A DNA stretch of 64,000 nt. Source: Candidatus Dormiibacterota bacterium (lineage in GTDB: Bacteria > Chloroflexota > Dormibacteria > CF-121). A program made the translations under genes and the position numbers. The DNA lies in the NCBI GenBank assembly GCA_036390825.1, contig DASWBA010000135.1:17783-81782 (forward strand). Reading direction: 5' to 3'. The first letter of the stretch is position 1, and every line of letters begins with the position of its first letter. The notes under the pieces were generated by a model that was given only the letters and a program-made list of their open reading frames with translations, made no database searches and was not told the DNA's origin. This document shows, piece after piece, positions 29,473 through 41,907 of this stretch.

Positions 29473-30702
29473 GTGCGTACGATCTCAGCCCAGACCGCGC
29501 GGCGCTTGGCGATCTCTCGCCAGCGATTAGCGGGACCGAGGAGCAAGCCGAACGCCGATGGGATCCTCGATGTCGTCCGGGATCTAGGCTGCCTGCAACT
29601 CGACCCGACTAATGTGGTGGCGCCGAGCCACCAACTCGTCGTCTTCAGCCGGGTTGGACCGTACCAACGAAAACACTTCGACACGTTGCTCTGGGAACAA
29701 CGACGCCTGTTCGAAGCCTGGGCGCATGCGGCCTCGATCGTGCTCACCGAGCATTATCCGATCCACCGATGGATCACGCGACGCTACGCGTCGGGCAAAT
29801 GGAACTGGACCCCGCGAGCGCTGGCCTGGGTAAAGGCCAACGATGCGCTGCGCCGAAACATCCTTCGTCAGTTGCGCCAACACGGACCACTGCCCTCGCG
29901 CGCGTTCGAGGATGCCTCGAGCGTTGGCTGGCAGTCGAGCGGATGGAATGGCAATCGCAACGTTGGCATGATGCTGGCCATCCTCTCGCGATCCGGAAAG
30001 CTAATGGTGGCAGGACGTCAGGGGGGCCAGAAGCTATGGGATTTCCCAGAGCGGTGCCTTCCTCCATGGACGCCACGGACGGCGCTGTCGGAGCCGGCCA
30101 TTGTCCGCTGGGCGGCGGAAATCTCGTTGCGCGCCCTGGGCGTGGGCCGCGCGATAGACATCAGCCACCACTTCATTTCCTCGCACTATCCGAATCTCGC
30201 GTCTGCGCTCCTCACGCTCGAGAGGCAGGGACGGATTGTGCCGCTTACGGTCAAGGACGGTGAGCGATCCTGGCCGGCTACGTGGTATGTCCACACTGAC
30301 GATCTCGCTCTGCTCGACCGCATCGAGGCGGAAGAGTGGGCCCCGCGGACAACGCTGCTGTCGCCGTTCGACAACCTGATCCGCGACCGGTCAAGGACCC
30401 GGCTGATGTTTGGGTTCGATTACAAATTGGAGATCTATGTCCCGGTGGCCAAGCGGCAGTATGGGTACTTCGCGATGCCGGTACTCCACGAGGACGAGCT
30501 GGTGGCGCGCGTGGACCCGGCCTTCGACCGAAGGTCGAAGTGCTTGTCGATCCGAGCCATTACAGTGGAGCCCGGTTTCGAGGGTGCCAGCATCGCCAGC
30601 GCGACGAGAGACGCGATCGCACGGCTCGCGACGTTCGTCGGCGCGAGTGCGATCGATTACGATCGCATCCCGTCGCGCTGGCGGCGGACCTTGAGCGCCT
30701 GA
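29473..30702 (+). CDS. ycaQ: YcaQ/AlkZ-family winged-helix DNA glycosylase (interstrand-crosslink repair)
   Basis: 409 aa colinear with E. coli YcaQ: GCLQLDPTNVV (the Q-Phi-D catalytic motif), FSRVGPY, EAWAH, and C-terminal FDYKLEIYVPVAKRQYGYFAMPVL. Codon usage is visibly less GC3-rich than its neighbours. Confidence 0.8.
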   Translation: MRTISAQTARRLAISRQRLAGPRSKPNADGILDVVRDLGCLQLDPTNVVAPSHQLVVFSRVGPYQRKHFDTLLWEQRRLFEAWAHAASIVLTEHYPIHRWITRRYASGKWNWTPRALAWVKANDALRRNILRQLRQHGPLPSRAFEDASSVGWQSSGWNGNRNVGMMLAILSRSGKLMVAGRQGGQKLWDFPERCLPPWTPRTALSEPAIVRWAAEISLRALGVGRAIDISHHFISSHYPNLASALLTLERQGRIVPLTVKDGERSWPATWYVHTDDLALLDRIEAEEWAPRTTLLSPFDNLIRDRSRTRLMFGFDYKLEIYVPVAKRQYGYFAMPVLHEDELVARVDPAFDRRSKCLSIRAITVEPGFEGASIASATRDAIARLATFVGASAIDYDRIPSRWRRTLSA

Positions 30703-30787
30703 CGCCGCCGCAAGGGAGACGAAGATTCTGGGTTGTACGTACGTGGAGCGAGGTGGGGACCGCGCGCCTATGGCGGCCGGGAAGGGG

Positions 30788-31036
30788 ATGGTCTTCGATC
30801 TCATCTGTCGGGGCTGTGGAGCGTGCGCGCAGCGGATCTGGGATCCAACCGAGGCTGTCAGCGCCACGAGTTGCCCCGACTGCGATGCGGCCATGTCGGT
30901 GATCGGGATCGATTTTCCGGCCGGCCGCAAAGAAGTCGGACTGACGCGTGTCCTCGAGGTCATCCAGGGCGCTGGCATTATGCCCGTCGCCGTCGAACGC
31001 CGCGCGCGCGGGCGTTTCCAGGCCGAAGCCGCCTGA
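30788..31036 (+). CDS. FmdB-family zinc-ribbon protein
   Basis: MVFDLICRGCGACAQRI...CPDCD: CxxC-N18-CxxC zinc ribbon typical of PF09723; start taken at the internal ATG of tracker ORF 30743. Confidence 0.5.
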   Translation: MVFDLICRGCGACAQRIWDPTEAVSATSCPDCDAAMSVIGIDFPAGRKEVGLTRVLEVIQGAGIMPVAVERRARGRFQAEAA

Positions 31037-31070
31037 ACCGACCCGGTCCGTAGGCCTAGAATGGCCGCGG

Positions 31071-31541
31071 ATGACGGCGTTCTGGTTCTGGATCATCGTC
31101 GCCGTTGCCTTTGCGATCGCCGAAGTCGTGACGGTCGCCTTCTTCGCCGTCTTTCTTAGCCTCGGGGCGCTCGCGGCTGCAATCGTCAGCCTGCTCGGCT
31201 TCGATCTCCTGGTGCAGGCCATCGTGCTGGGGGTAATCGGGGTCGTCGGCATCTTCGCGGCCCGCCCCTTCCTCGTCGAACGCCTCCACATCGGCAGCCG
31301 GCGGCTCGAGTCCGGGGCCCAGAGCATGGTCGGCCAGCGGGCGGTGCTGACCGACCCGATCCTTGCCTCAGCCCCGGGTCACGTCAAGATCGCCGGCGAG
31401 CTCTGGCCCGCCATCACCGAAGACGGCAGCCCATTGCCGGTCGCCACCCCGGTCATCGTCACCGATCTGCGCAGCACCGTCCTTGTTGTCCGCGCGGCGT
31501 CGTTGCCGCCCGCGTCGTCCCCGTCAATGCCGTCCGTCTGA
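31071..31541 (+). CDS. NfeD-family membrane protein (partner of SPFH/stomatin protein)
   Basis: Two N-terminal TMs (MTAFWFWIIVAVAFAIAEVV...) plus a C-terminal OB-fold-like domain; immediately upstream of the SPFH gene (classic NfeD-SPFH operon). Confidence 0.65.
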   Translation: MTAFWFWIIVAVAFAIAEVVTVAFFAVFLSLGALAAAIVSLLGFDLLVQAIVLGVIGVVGIFAARPFLVERLHIGSRRLESGAQSMVGQRAVLTDPILASAPGHVKIAGELWPAITEDGSPLPVATPVIVTDLRSTVLVVRAASLPPASSPSMPSV

Positions 31542-31555
31542 GGAGAAGTGGAGAG

Positions 31556-32479
31556 ATGTCAGCACCGCTAATCGTCGTCGCCGTTGTCGTCCTGCTTGTC
31601 TTCGTCATCATTGCCCGCACCGTCAACATCATCCAGCAGGGTTACGTCGGGATCGTCAAGCGCCTCGGCGAATTCCATTCCGTCCGGCAGCCGGGCGTAA
31701 CCTTCCTCGTCCCCCTGGTCGACTCGATGGTCACGGTTGACATCCGAGAAACCCCGCGGACGGGTGATAAGCAAGACGTCATCACGCGCGACAACGTCAC
31801 CGTCAGCGTGAATGCCACCATCTTCAGCCAGGTGGTCGATCCCAGGCTGGCGCTCTTCAGTGTCAGCAATTACTTTGTCGCGATCGACCAGCTGTCGCGC
31901 ACGACGCTGCGCGCCATCTTCGGCGGCATGAGCCTCGACGATGCGCTCAGTCAACGGGAACGAATCAACGCCCAGCTGCAGGCCCAGATGGAGTCGGTGA
32001 CCGACAAGTGGGGCATCCGGATCAACCGGATCGAGATCGTCGACATCACGCCGCCGCAGATGATCCTCAACGCCCTGGCCCTGCAGAAGACCGCGGACCA
32101 GGAGAAGCGTGCCTTCATCCTGAAGTCGGAAGGTCAGCAGCAGTCGCAAATCAATATTGCGGACGGCCAGAAGCAGGCGCAGATCAAGACCGCCGAAGGC
32201 GACAAGCAGTCGGCCATCCTTCGCGCCGAGGGTTTGCGGCAGGCGACCATCCTCGAGGCGGAGGGCCGGGCGCAGGCGATTGCCAACGTTTACCAGGCGA
32301 TCAAGGCCGCGGCCCCGGATCCCACGCTCGTTTCAATCCTGCAACTCGACACGCTGTCCAAGTTCGCGGCCAGCGAGAATACCAAGATCGTCGTGCCCGT
32401 GGAGACCGCGGCCTTGCTGGGCGCCGTCCAGGCGATCCGCGGCGTGCTCGATGCCGCGCCCGCGGGCGGGAAGACATAG
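31556..32479 (+). CDS. SPFH/band-7 (stomatin/prohibitin-like) protein
   Basis: 307 aa. N-terminal TM, SPFH domain (VNIIQQGYVGIVKRLGEF...TRDNVTVSVNATIF...) and a coiled-coil C-terminus. Confidence 0.85.
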   Translation: MSAPLIVVAVVVLLVFVIIARTVNIIQQGYVGIVKRLGEFHSVRQPGVTFLVPLVDSMVTVDIRETPRTGDKQDVITRDNVTVSVNATIFSQVVDPRLALFSVSNYFVAIDQLSRTTLRAIFGGMSLDDALSQRERINAQLQAQMESVTDKWGIRINRIEIVDITPPQMILNALALQKTADQEKRAFILKSEGQQQSQINIADGQKQAQIKTAEGDKQSAILRAEGLRQATILEAEGRAQAIANVYQAIKAAAPDPTLVSILQLDTLSKFAASENTKIVVPVETAALLGAVQAIRGVLDAAPAGGKT

Positions 32480-32562
32480 ACCGGCCGGCTGCGAGCGATA
32501 TCTCGATCGGCGTTCTCGATCCGGCCGAACACGACCTGGTTCGCCCGCTGCTCCGCGAGCTC

Positions 32563-32967
32563 ATGCTCGACGAACAACGGCACTACGACCATCCGCAGCT
32601 GAGCGCGGAAGAGATCGAGCACGACATCGCAACCGCCCCTGGCCCGCGGTTCAGCGGCGAGAACATCATCCTCGCGGCCCGGGCGGCGGGAAAGGTCGTC
32701 GGGCTCTGCTGGTGTGTGCTCTTCAACCCCGGGACCGGCCTCGAGGCCGAGGTCGCCGAAGTTTACGTCGACGCCGGCTTTCGGTCCCAGGGGATTGGCG
32801 GACGCCTCCTTCGCCACGCCGTGCAACTGTTTCGTGAGCGGAACGTCACCTTTGCCGCTGTCTGGACTCGGGAGAACAATCCGCAAGCGGTGCGTCTCTA
32901 CGAGGAGGCAGGATTCCGGAGGACCGAGCAGTTGGTCCTTACGTGGCTTCCGCTGCCCGGTCGCTGA
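32563..32967 (+). CDS. GNAT family N-acetyltransferase; the fold clearly begins upstream at about 32480-32500 (beta1 ISIGVLDP) with no canonical start codon
   Basis: Acetyl-CoA binding motif RSQGIGGRLL and GNAT topology. Coordinates use the first ATG. The in-frame upstream sequence DRPAASDISIGVLDPAEHDLVRPLLREL is continuous from the SPFH stop and contains only ATA/ATC near-cognate codons. Confidence 0.6.
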   Translation: MLDEQRHYDHPQLSAEEIEHDIATAPGPRFSGENIILAARAAGKVVGLCWCVLFNPGTGLEAEVAEVYVDAGFRSQGIGGRLLRHAVQLFRERNVTFAAVWTRENNPQAVRLYEEAGFRRTEQLVLTWLPLPGR

Positions 32968-32998
32968 AAGATTCGAGCGTAGAATTGGACTGAGTTCG

Positions 32999-34180
32999 AT
33001 GGCCAGCGAACCTCAATTCTTCCCCCCTCCGCCCGAACCGGCGCCCCTATCGCCGGTACCAGTCGAGAAGCCCGCGCGGCCACGCCGCCGCACGGGCCTG
33101 ATCGCGACCGTCCTCATGAGCGCCATTCTCGGTGGCCTGGTCGGCTCGGCGGCGACCATCCTGCTGGCCACGCGACTGATCAAGGTGACGCCCTCGGGGG
33201 CCGCCGTTGTCGCGCCTCTAGCCCCCATTACCAATAACCTGACCGAGGAATCGGCCGTGATCAGCGTCGCGGCGCAGGCGGGAAAAGCCGTCGTTGAGAT
33301 CAAGACCACGATTACCTCGCCCGACGTGTTCCTCCAGCAGGAGCAGCACGGCATCGGGTCCGGTTTCATCGTCCGCTCGGATGGCTACATCGTCACCAAC
33401 AATCACGTGGTCGAAAATGCCCGCCAGCTGCAGGTCATCTTGCGCGATCAGGCAAAGACCTACGACGCGCGCGTCGTCGGCACCAGTCCCGAGGATGACG
33501 TCGCCGTCCTCAAGATCGATGCTCAGGACTTACCGGCACTGAACTGGGGCGACTCGAGTGCGCTCAAGGTGGGACAGCTCGCGATCGCGATCGGCAGCCC
33601 GCTTGGACAGCAGAACAGCGTCACGAAGGGAGTCATCAGCGCCCTCCACCGCTTCATCTCGATACCGAACTCGTCCACCGGCCAGGCGGAGAACATCCTG
33701 AACGCGATCCAGACGGATGCGCAGATCAACCCCGGTAACAGCGGAGGTCCGCTGTTGAATTCGGCCGGCCAGGTGGTTGGCGTGAACTTTGCGATCGAGC
33801 AGGCGCAGGCCGGCCCCGGCCTCGGCTTCGCGCTCGACGGCAACGCGGCCCGAGATATCGCCAACCAGCTGGTCCAGACCGGCCACGTCAACCGGCCGTT
33901 CCTGGGTGTGACCTACAACCAGCTCGACGAGACCGCCGCTGCCGCCAATGGGCTGGTCGTCGGCGCGGTGGTCACGGCGATCACGGCCGGGTCGCCGGCG
34001 GATCACGCGGGGATCAAGGTCAACGACGTCATCACCAAGGTGAATGATCAAACCATCGACGATCAACATCCACTAAAGGATGTCCTGCGCCAGTACGCGC
34101 CGGGCACCAAGGTTTCGGTGGCGATCTACCGCGGCGGAAAGACCCAGACGCTCCAGGTCACGCTCGGAACGCACCCCTGA
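32999..34180 (+). CDS. htrA: HtrA/DegP-family serine protease with PDZ domain
   Basis: 393 aa. N-terminal TM, catalytic triad context (TNNHVV, ...DVAVLKI..., GNSGGPL) and a C-terminal PDZ; start at the internal ATG of tracker ORF 32714. Confidence 0.85.
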   Translation: MASEPQFFPPPPEPAPLSPVPVEKPARPRRRTGLIATVLMSAILGGLVGSAATILLATRLIKVTPSGAAVVAPLAPITNNLTEESAVISVAAQAGKAVVEIKTTITSPDVFLQQEQHGIGSGFIVRSDGYIVTNNHVVENARQLQVILRDQAKTYDARVVGTSPEDDVAVLKIDAQDLPALNWGDSSALKVGQLAIAIGSPLGQQNSVTKGVISALHRFISIPNSSTGQAENILNAIQTDAQINPGNSGGPLLNSAGQVVGVNFAIEQAQAGPGLGFALDGNAARDIANQLVQTGHVNRPFLGVTYNQLDETAAAANGLVVGAVVTAITAGSPADHAGIKVNDVITKVNDQTIDDQHPLKDVLRQYAPGTKVSVAIYRGGKTQTLQVTLGTHP

Positions 34181-34269
34181 TCGCGTCACCGCCCAGGTCT
34201 CCATCGTCGATCATTGACCAGGCGGTCCGGCAGGCCGTCACCTCGATCAGTGGCTGGCCGTCGGGGATC

Positions 34270-35790
34270 TTGCTGCCGGCGGTGCTGGTTGAACGGGCCC
34301 AGAACCCGGCCCACGGCGATTACTCGGTCACCCTACCCCTGAAGCTTGCCCGGACGCTCCATCGGCCGCCGATGGCGATCGCGACCGAGCTCTCTACCGC
34401 GATGGCGCTGCCGCCGTCGCTCGGCCGCGTCGCACTGGCGGCGCCAGGGTTCATCAACATCACCCTGGAGCCGGCCTGGCTGCAGACGCAGCTGGGGCCG
34501 ATCGTCGACGCGGGCGAGCAGTGGGGGAGGAGTGAGGTCGGGCAAGGGAAGCGTATGCAGGTGGAGTTCGTGAGCTCCAATCCCACCGGGCCGATGCTGT
34601 TCAGTCACGCGCGCGGCGCCGTCGTCGGTGATGTCGTCGCTCGGGTCTTGGAGGCGGCGGGTTTTCGCGTCCAGCGCGAGTATTACGTCAACGACAAGGG
34701 CCGGCAGGTTCGTCTGTTTGGGGAGTCGATTGCCGCGCGCATGCAAGGACAGCCGGTGCCCGAGGGCGGCTACAGCGGCAGTTACATCGACGAGATTGCC
34801 CGCGAGGCCGCCACCAAGGGGCGGCCCACGGAAGCAACGGCCCTGGCGGACTTCGGCATGGCCTGGGTCCAGCAACGCATCACCGACGACCTGTCGCGAC
34901 TGTCGGTCCGTCACGACAACTTCTTCTCGGAGAGCAGCCTCTACACCGGGTGGGACCAGGACACGATGCGCAAGCTCCGCGAGCTGGGACGCATCGAGGA
35001 AAAGGACGGCGCGACCTGGTTCAAGACGGACGGTGAGAAAAACGAAGTGTTGATCAAGCGAGACGGATATCCGACCTACTTCTGGTCGGACATTCTCTAC
35101 CACCGGGACAAGTTCGAGAAGCGGGGCTTCGACCGCGTGGTGGATGTCTGGGGTGCCGACCATCAGGGTCAGGTTGGACGGGTTAAGGAAGCCCTCGGGG
35201 TGCTCGGGATCGATCCAGCGCGGCTGTCAGTCCTGCTCGTCCAGCTCGTCTCGGTGAAACGTGGTGAGGAAACCGTGCGAATGTCGCGCCGCGCCGGCGT
35301 CGGCATCTCGCTCAAGGAAATGCTGGACGAGGTCGGCCCCGATGCGGTCCGCTACTTTTTTCTGCTGCGTTCGGCCGATGCCCACATGGAGTTCGACGTC
35401 GAGCTGGCACGACGGCAGTCGAGTGAAAATCCGGTGTTCTACGCGCAGTACGCGCATGCCCGGCTGGCCAACGTCCTCAAGCTTGGCGGTGAGGTCGTGG
35501 GCTCGCCTGCGCTCGAGCGACTGAGCTCGGAGTGGGAGCTGGAGCTGATGCGGGTCATGATGCGGTGGCCGGACGTGGTGCGCGAGTCGGCCGAGGCGCT
35601 CGAGCCACATCGCCTGGCCTTCTTCACCGATGAGCTGGCGGCGGCGATCCACCGCTTTTACAAGAACTGCCGAGTGGTGACCGATGATGCACCGCTTACC
35701 GCGGCGCGGTTGCTGCTGTCTCGCGCCGCTCGCGTCACGATCGCCAACGCGCTGGGGCTGATGGGCGTTTCGGCGCCCGACCGCATGTAG
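34270..35790 (+). CDS. argS: Arginine--tRNA ligase; conserved N-terminal domain residues (SIIDQAVRQAVTSISGWPSGI) are encoded upstream at about 34204-34269 without ATG/GTG/TTG
   Basis: Class I aaRS (SSNPTGPMLFSHARG HIGH-like) with a DALK anticodon-binding domain. The N-terminal add-on domain aligns to E. coli ArgS residues 3-40 only if translation starts near ATC/ATT at 34210-34215. Confidence 0.9.
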   Translation: MLPAVLVERAQNPAHGDYSVTLPLKLARTLHRPPMAIATELSTAMALPPSLGRVALAAPGFINITLEPAWLQTQLGPIVDAGEQWGRSEVGQGKRMQVEFVSSNPTGPMLFSHARGAVVGDVVARVLEAAGFRVQREYYVNDKGRQVRLFGESIAARMQGQPVPEGGYSGSYIDEIAREAATKGRPTEATALADFGMAWVQQRITDDLSRLSVRHDNFFSESSLYTGWDQDTMRKLRELGRIEEKDGATWFKTDGEKNEVLIKRDGYPTYFWSDILYHRDKFEKRGFDRVVDVWGADHQGQVGRVKEALGVLGIDPARLSVLLVQLVSVKRGEETVRMSRRAGVGISLKEMLDEVGPDAVRYFFLLRSADAHMEFDVELARRQSSENPVFYAQYAHARLANVLKLGGEVVGSPALERLSSEWELELMRVMMRWPDVVRESAEALEPHRLAFFTDELAAAIHRFYKNCRVVTDDAPLTAARLLLSRAARVTIANALGLMGVSAPDRM

Positions 35791-35800
35791 ACTACGGGCC

Positions 35801-36475
35801 GTGGAAATCACCTATTTCGGCCTGAACGCGGTGCGGCTCCGCGGCCGCGAGGCCACCGTGATGATCGACCCCTACGAGCCGAAGCTCGGGCTTTCGCCGG
35901 TCCGGCTGAACGTCCAAATCGTGATCTTCACCCACGACGATCCGACTCACTTCAGCCTCCAGGGACTGTCTGGCGAGCCGCACATCGTGACCGGTGCCGG
36001 CGAGTTCGAGATCAGGGGGGTCGCGATGACCGGCACCCAGACCTACCACGATGCCAAGAAGGGGGCGGAGCGGGGAAAGAACTTCGCCTACACCGTCGAG
36101 ATCGACGACCTTCGCATCTGCCACCTCGGTCATCTCGGCCACGCACTCAGCGAGGACCAGCTCGAGGGGATCGGCAGCAAGATCGATGTGCTGTTCGTGC
36201 CGATTGGCGGCGGCAGTCACATCAACTCCGCGCAAGCCACGGAGATCGTGAACCAGATCGAGCCGAAACTAGTGATCCCGATCTCCTACAAGCTGCCCGG
36301 CCTCACCCTCTTGGCGACCAACCTCGAAGGTCTCGACAAGTTCGCCAAAGAGATGGGCGCCACCGACCTCACGCCGCAGCCCAAGCTCCAGATCTCGGCC
36401 ACGCCCTCGGTCGAAGAGACCAAGCTGGTCATCCTCGAGCCGCGCGGCGCGACGGCGTCGGCAGCGGTGGATTAG
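35801..36475 (+). CDS. Metallo-beta-lactamase-fold metal-dependent hydrolase (UPF0173-like)
   Basis: 224 aa, MBL-fold. The metal-binding motif is poorly conserved; only a degenerate HxD-like THDDPTH stretch is present. Confidence 0.65.
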   Translation: MEITYFGLNAVRLRGREATVMIDPYEPKLGLSPVRLNVQIVIFTHDDPTHFSLQGLSGEPHIVTGAGEFEIRGVAMTGTQTYHDAKKGAERGKNFAYTVEIDDLRICHLGHLGHALSEDQLEGIGSKIDVLFVPIGGGSHINSAQATEIVNQIEPKLVIPISYKLPGLTLLATNLEGLDKFAKEMGATDLTPQPKLQISATPSVEETKLVILEPRGATASAAVD

Positions 36476-38313
36476 CCGGCCGCTTCCTGCGGCTGGCGAG
36501 CCGGCGCTTCGGACCGTTGCGCCGCGCGGGCCCGCTCCAGGCGCACCGCGCTGTCGATCAGGCCGAGGTGACTGTACGCCTGCGGGAAGTTGCCGCGGGG
36601 TGCGCCCGACGCCGGGTCGTTGCCTTCGGCCAGCAAGCCGAGCGGTGAAGAAAGCGCGATCAGCTCGCTCAGCTGGCGCTCCGCGGCATCGAGGTGGCTC
36701 AGGCCGATCAGACCATCCACGTACCAGAAGCTACAGAGCAGGAAGGCCGCGCTCAGGTAGCCCTGGTCGTCCTTGCAGTCGTAGCGCCGGACGTACGGAC
36801 CGTTCAGCAGCCTCTGGCTCATGGTTTCGATGGTGGCACGCATGCGAGGGTCGGTCGCCGGCAAGAATCCGAGCACTGGCATCTGCAACACGGCAGCATC
36901 CAAACATTCATCGTCATAGGCTTGCGTAAAGGCGCCGATCTTCGGATTCCAGGCCCGTGCCTCGATCTCGTTGCGCAGCTCTTCGGCCTGCCGCTCCCAA
37001 ATGGCGAGGTGCTCGGTGTTGCCGGTGCCCTTGGCCAGCGTGATCGCCCGGTCCAGGGCCACCCAGCACCAGAGCTTGCTGTGAGTGTGGTGCTTGCGCT
37101 CGCCCTGGAATTCCCAAATCCCATTGTCGGGCTCCCGGCTCAAATCCCAGATACCGTCGGCCAGGCGCTCGATCACATGCCAGAGCTTGGTAGAGATGAA
37201 GCCGCCTTTGCGCTGATAGACGGCCATGCAGTCGATCACCGCCCCGAAGACATCCAGCTGCCGCTGGCCGGCGGCGCGGTTGCCGATGCGGACCGGGCGG
37301 GCGCCTTCGTAGCCCGCCAGGTGTTCGAGGTATTGCTCGGGCAGATGCGGGTCGCCATCGACGCGATAGAGAATCTGCATCGCAAAGTCGTGGTCGTAAG
37401 CCCGGTCGCGGATCCAGTTGATGAAATCGACGGCTTCCTGCTCGAACCCGGCGCGAAAGAGCGCCGCGATGCCATAGGAGGCATCACGAAGCCAGCAGTA
37501 GCGGTAGTCCCAGTTGCGATCGCCACCCGGATCTTCCGGGATGGAGGTCGTCGGTGCCGCGCAGAGTGCACCGGTCGGGGCGTAGGTCAACAACTTGATC
37601 ACCAGCGCGGAGCGGCGCACGGCATCTTGAAATGGTCCCTGGTAGAGGCACTGCTCGAGCCATCCGACCCAGTAGGCACGGGTGCGCTCGGCGAGCTCGG
37701 TGGCATCGCTGCTGCTGGGGAATTTCCGGCCGAGGGCGAAGTAGCGCTCGCCGAAGCCGAGCGTCAGCCAGACTTGCGGGCCGGGCTCGAGGGTGAAACG
37801 GAGGACGTAGCGCGGTCGACCGTCGATCACCTCCACGTTGCCATGCAGCGGCACCGTGGAGGAGAGGATCACCTCCTGCGATCCGCCCGAGGCGATCACG
37901 ATCCCCTCGCGCTCGGCGAAACTGGTGCGCGCGCGACCGTAGGCCGGCGCCGGGTCGAGGACGCATTCGACCTCCACCGACCCGCCGCGCGCCTCGAGGC
38001 CGCGGCAGATCCGCTTCAGCGAGAGGAAGCGCTCGCCTTCGTTGAAGCAGGGCATGAAATCGGTCACCACCAGCGTCCCTTCGGCGCGATGAAAGGTGGT
38101 GGTCAGGATGTTGGTGTCATGGAGGTAGGCTTGCTCGCCGGTCGGCACCGGGTTGACGGGAGCAATCCGGAAACTGCCGCCGCGCTGCCGGTCGAGGATC
38201 GCCGCGAAGATGGACGGCGAATCGAAGCGCGGATAGCAGAACCAGTCGATGGCGCCACCGGTCGAGACGAGGGCGGCGGTTTCACAATTACCGATCAGTC
38301 CGTATGGATACAC
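36472..38313 (-). CDS. Glycoside hydrolase family 15 protein (glucoamylase/trehalase-like)
   Basis: 613 aa. N-terminal beta-sandwich plus (alpha/alpha)6 barrel with GH15 motifs (YRYCWLRDAS, WIRDRAY...); convergent 4-nt overlap with the MBL hydrolase gene. Confidence 0.8.
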   Translation of the reverse strand: MYPYGLIGNCETAALVSTGGAIDWFCYPRFDSPSIFAAILDRQRGGSFRIAPVNPVPTGEQAYLHDTNILTTTFHRAEGTLVVTDFMPCFNEGERFLSLKRICRGLEARGGSVEVECVLDPAPAYGRARTSFAEREGIVIASGGSQEVILSSTVPLHGNVEVIDGRPRYVLRFTLEPGPQVWLTLGFGERYFALGRKFPSSSDATELAERTRAYWVGWLEQCLYQGPFQDAVRRSALVIKLLTYAPTGALCAAPTTSIPEDPGGDRNWDYRYCWLRDASYGIAALFRAGFEQEAVDFINWIRDRAYDHDFAMQILYRVDGDPHLPEQYLEHLAGYEGARPVRIGNRAAGQRQLDVFGAVIDCMAVYQRKGGFISTKLWHVIERLADGIWDLSREPDNGIWEFQGERKHHTHSKLWCWVALDRAITLAKGTGNTEHLAIWERQAEELRNEIEARAWNPKIGAFTQAYDDECLDAAVLQMPVLGFLPATDPRMRATIETMSQRLLNGPYVRRYDCKDDQGYLSAAFLLCSFWYVDGLIGLSHLDAAERQLSELIALSSPLGLLAEGNDPASGAPRGNFPQAYSHLGLIDSAVRLERARAAQRSEAPARQPQEAAG

Positions 38314-38420
38314 TGCTTGACCTTATGAGCTTAGAGCCGCCGAGTCAAACGTCGAGTCGTCTACCCGAAGTAACGACGGCCGGCGCGCAAACTCTCGCGG
38401 CCGGCGCGGTTCCGGCGTAG

Positions 38421-41122
<2,702 letters not shown>

Positions 41123-41197
41123 GCGTCTGGACGAAGTGTGCAAATCGTGATGTTTCGGTTGACGGCCAGACCAAAAGTCAGCTAGACTGCCCGAGTT

Positions 41198-41875
41198 TTG
41201 GCAAGGGGAATCCCAAGACTGGCCGCCCATGGCTGGGCGCTCGCTTTGGCGTGCCTCGTGCTGCTGCTGGCGCCGCTCGCGTTCAAGCATCCGATCGCCG
41301 AGGCGCACGCCACCGCCGGCAGCGCGCCGGTGGTCGTGACCGGGCAGGGCGGCGAGTCGGCGCTTCGCTATCCGGCGACCGCCGCGCAGGTGAGTGCCCC
41401 GCTGGCACTGGCCCGTCGCCAGGGCGGCGCCCAGGAGGACCTCACGGCGCAGGCGAGCAACAGTGTCGACGTGCTGATGCTGCCGGCGAGCGCCTCGGAT
41501 CCGGGCGGCAGCCGCCAGCGTGTCATCCGATTCGTCTGGCCGACCCACGGCGTCATCACCCAGTCCTTCTGGCAGTACCACCCCGGCATCGACATCGCCA
41601 ACGATGTCGGTACCCCGGAGGTGGCGACCGCCGCCGGACAGGTGGTCTTCGCCGGCTGGGGCTCGTATGGGATCTACGTCGAGATCGACCACGGCGACGG
41701 TTTCCATTCGATCTACGGCCACATGTCCGCGGTGCTGGTGAGGACCGGCGACACCGTGACCCAGGGCCAGCTCATCGGATTGATGGGCGCGACCGGACGC
41801 GCTAGCGGTCCGCATCTCCACTTCGAAATTCGCTACCAGGGCGTCCCGCAAAACCCGATCGACCTCCTCCCATAG
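41198..41875 (+). CDS. M23 family metallopeptidase (secreted)
   Basis: Signal peptide; HxxxD (HPGIDIAND) and HxH (GPHLHFEIR) M23 motifs. Confidence 0.8.
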   Translation: MARGIPRLAAHGWALALACLVLLLAPLAFKHPIAEAHATAGSAPVVVTGQGGESALRYPATAAQVSAPLALARRQGGAQEDLTAQASNSVDVLMLPASASDPGGSRQRVIRFVWPTHGVITQSFWQYHPGIDIANDVGTPEVATAAGQVVFAGWGSYGIYVEIDHGDGFHSIYGHMSAVLVRTGDTVTQGQLIGLMGATGRASGPHLHFEIRYQGVPQNPIDLLP

Positions 41876-41907
41876 ATTTCTCAGATCAGACCGATAAGGT
41901 AGAGGCC

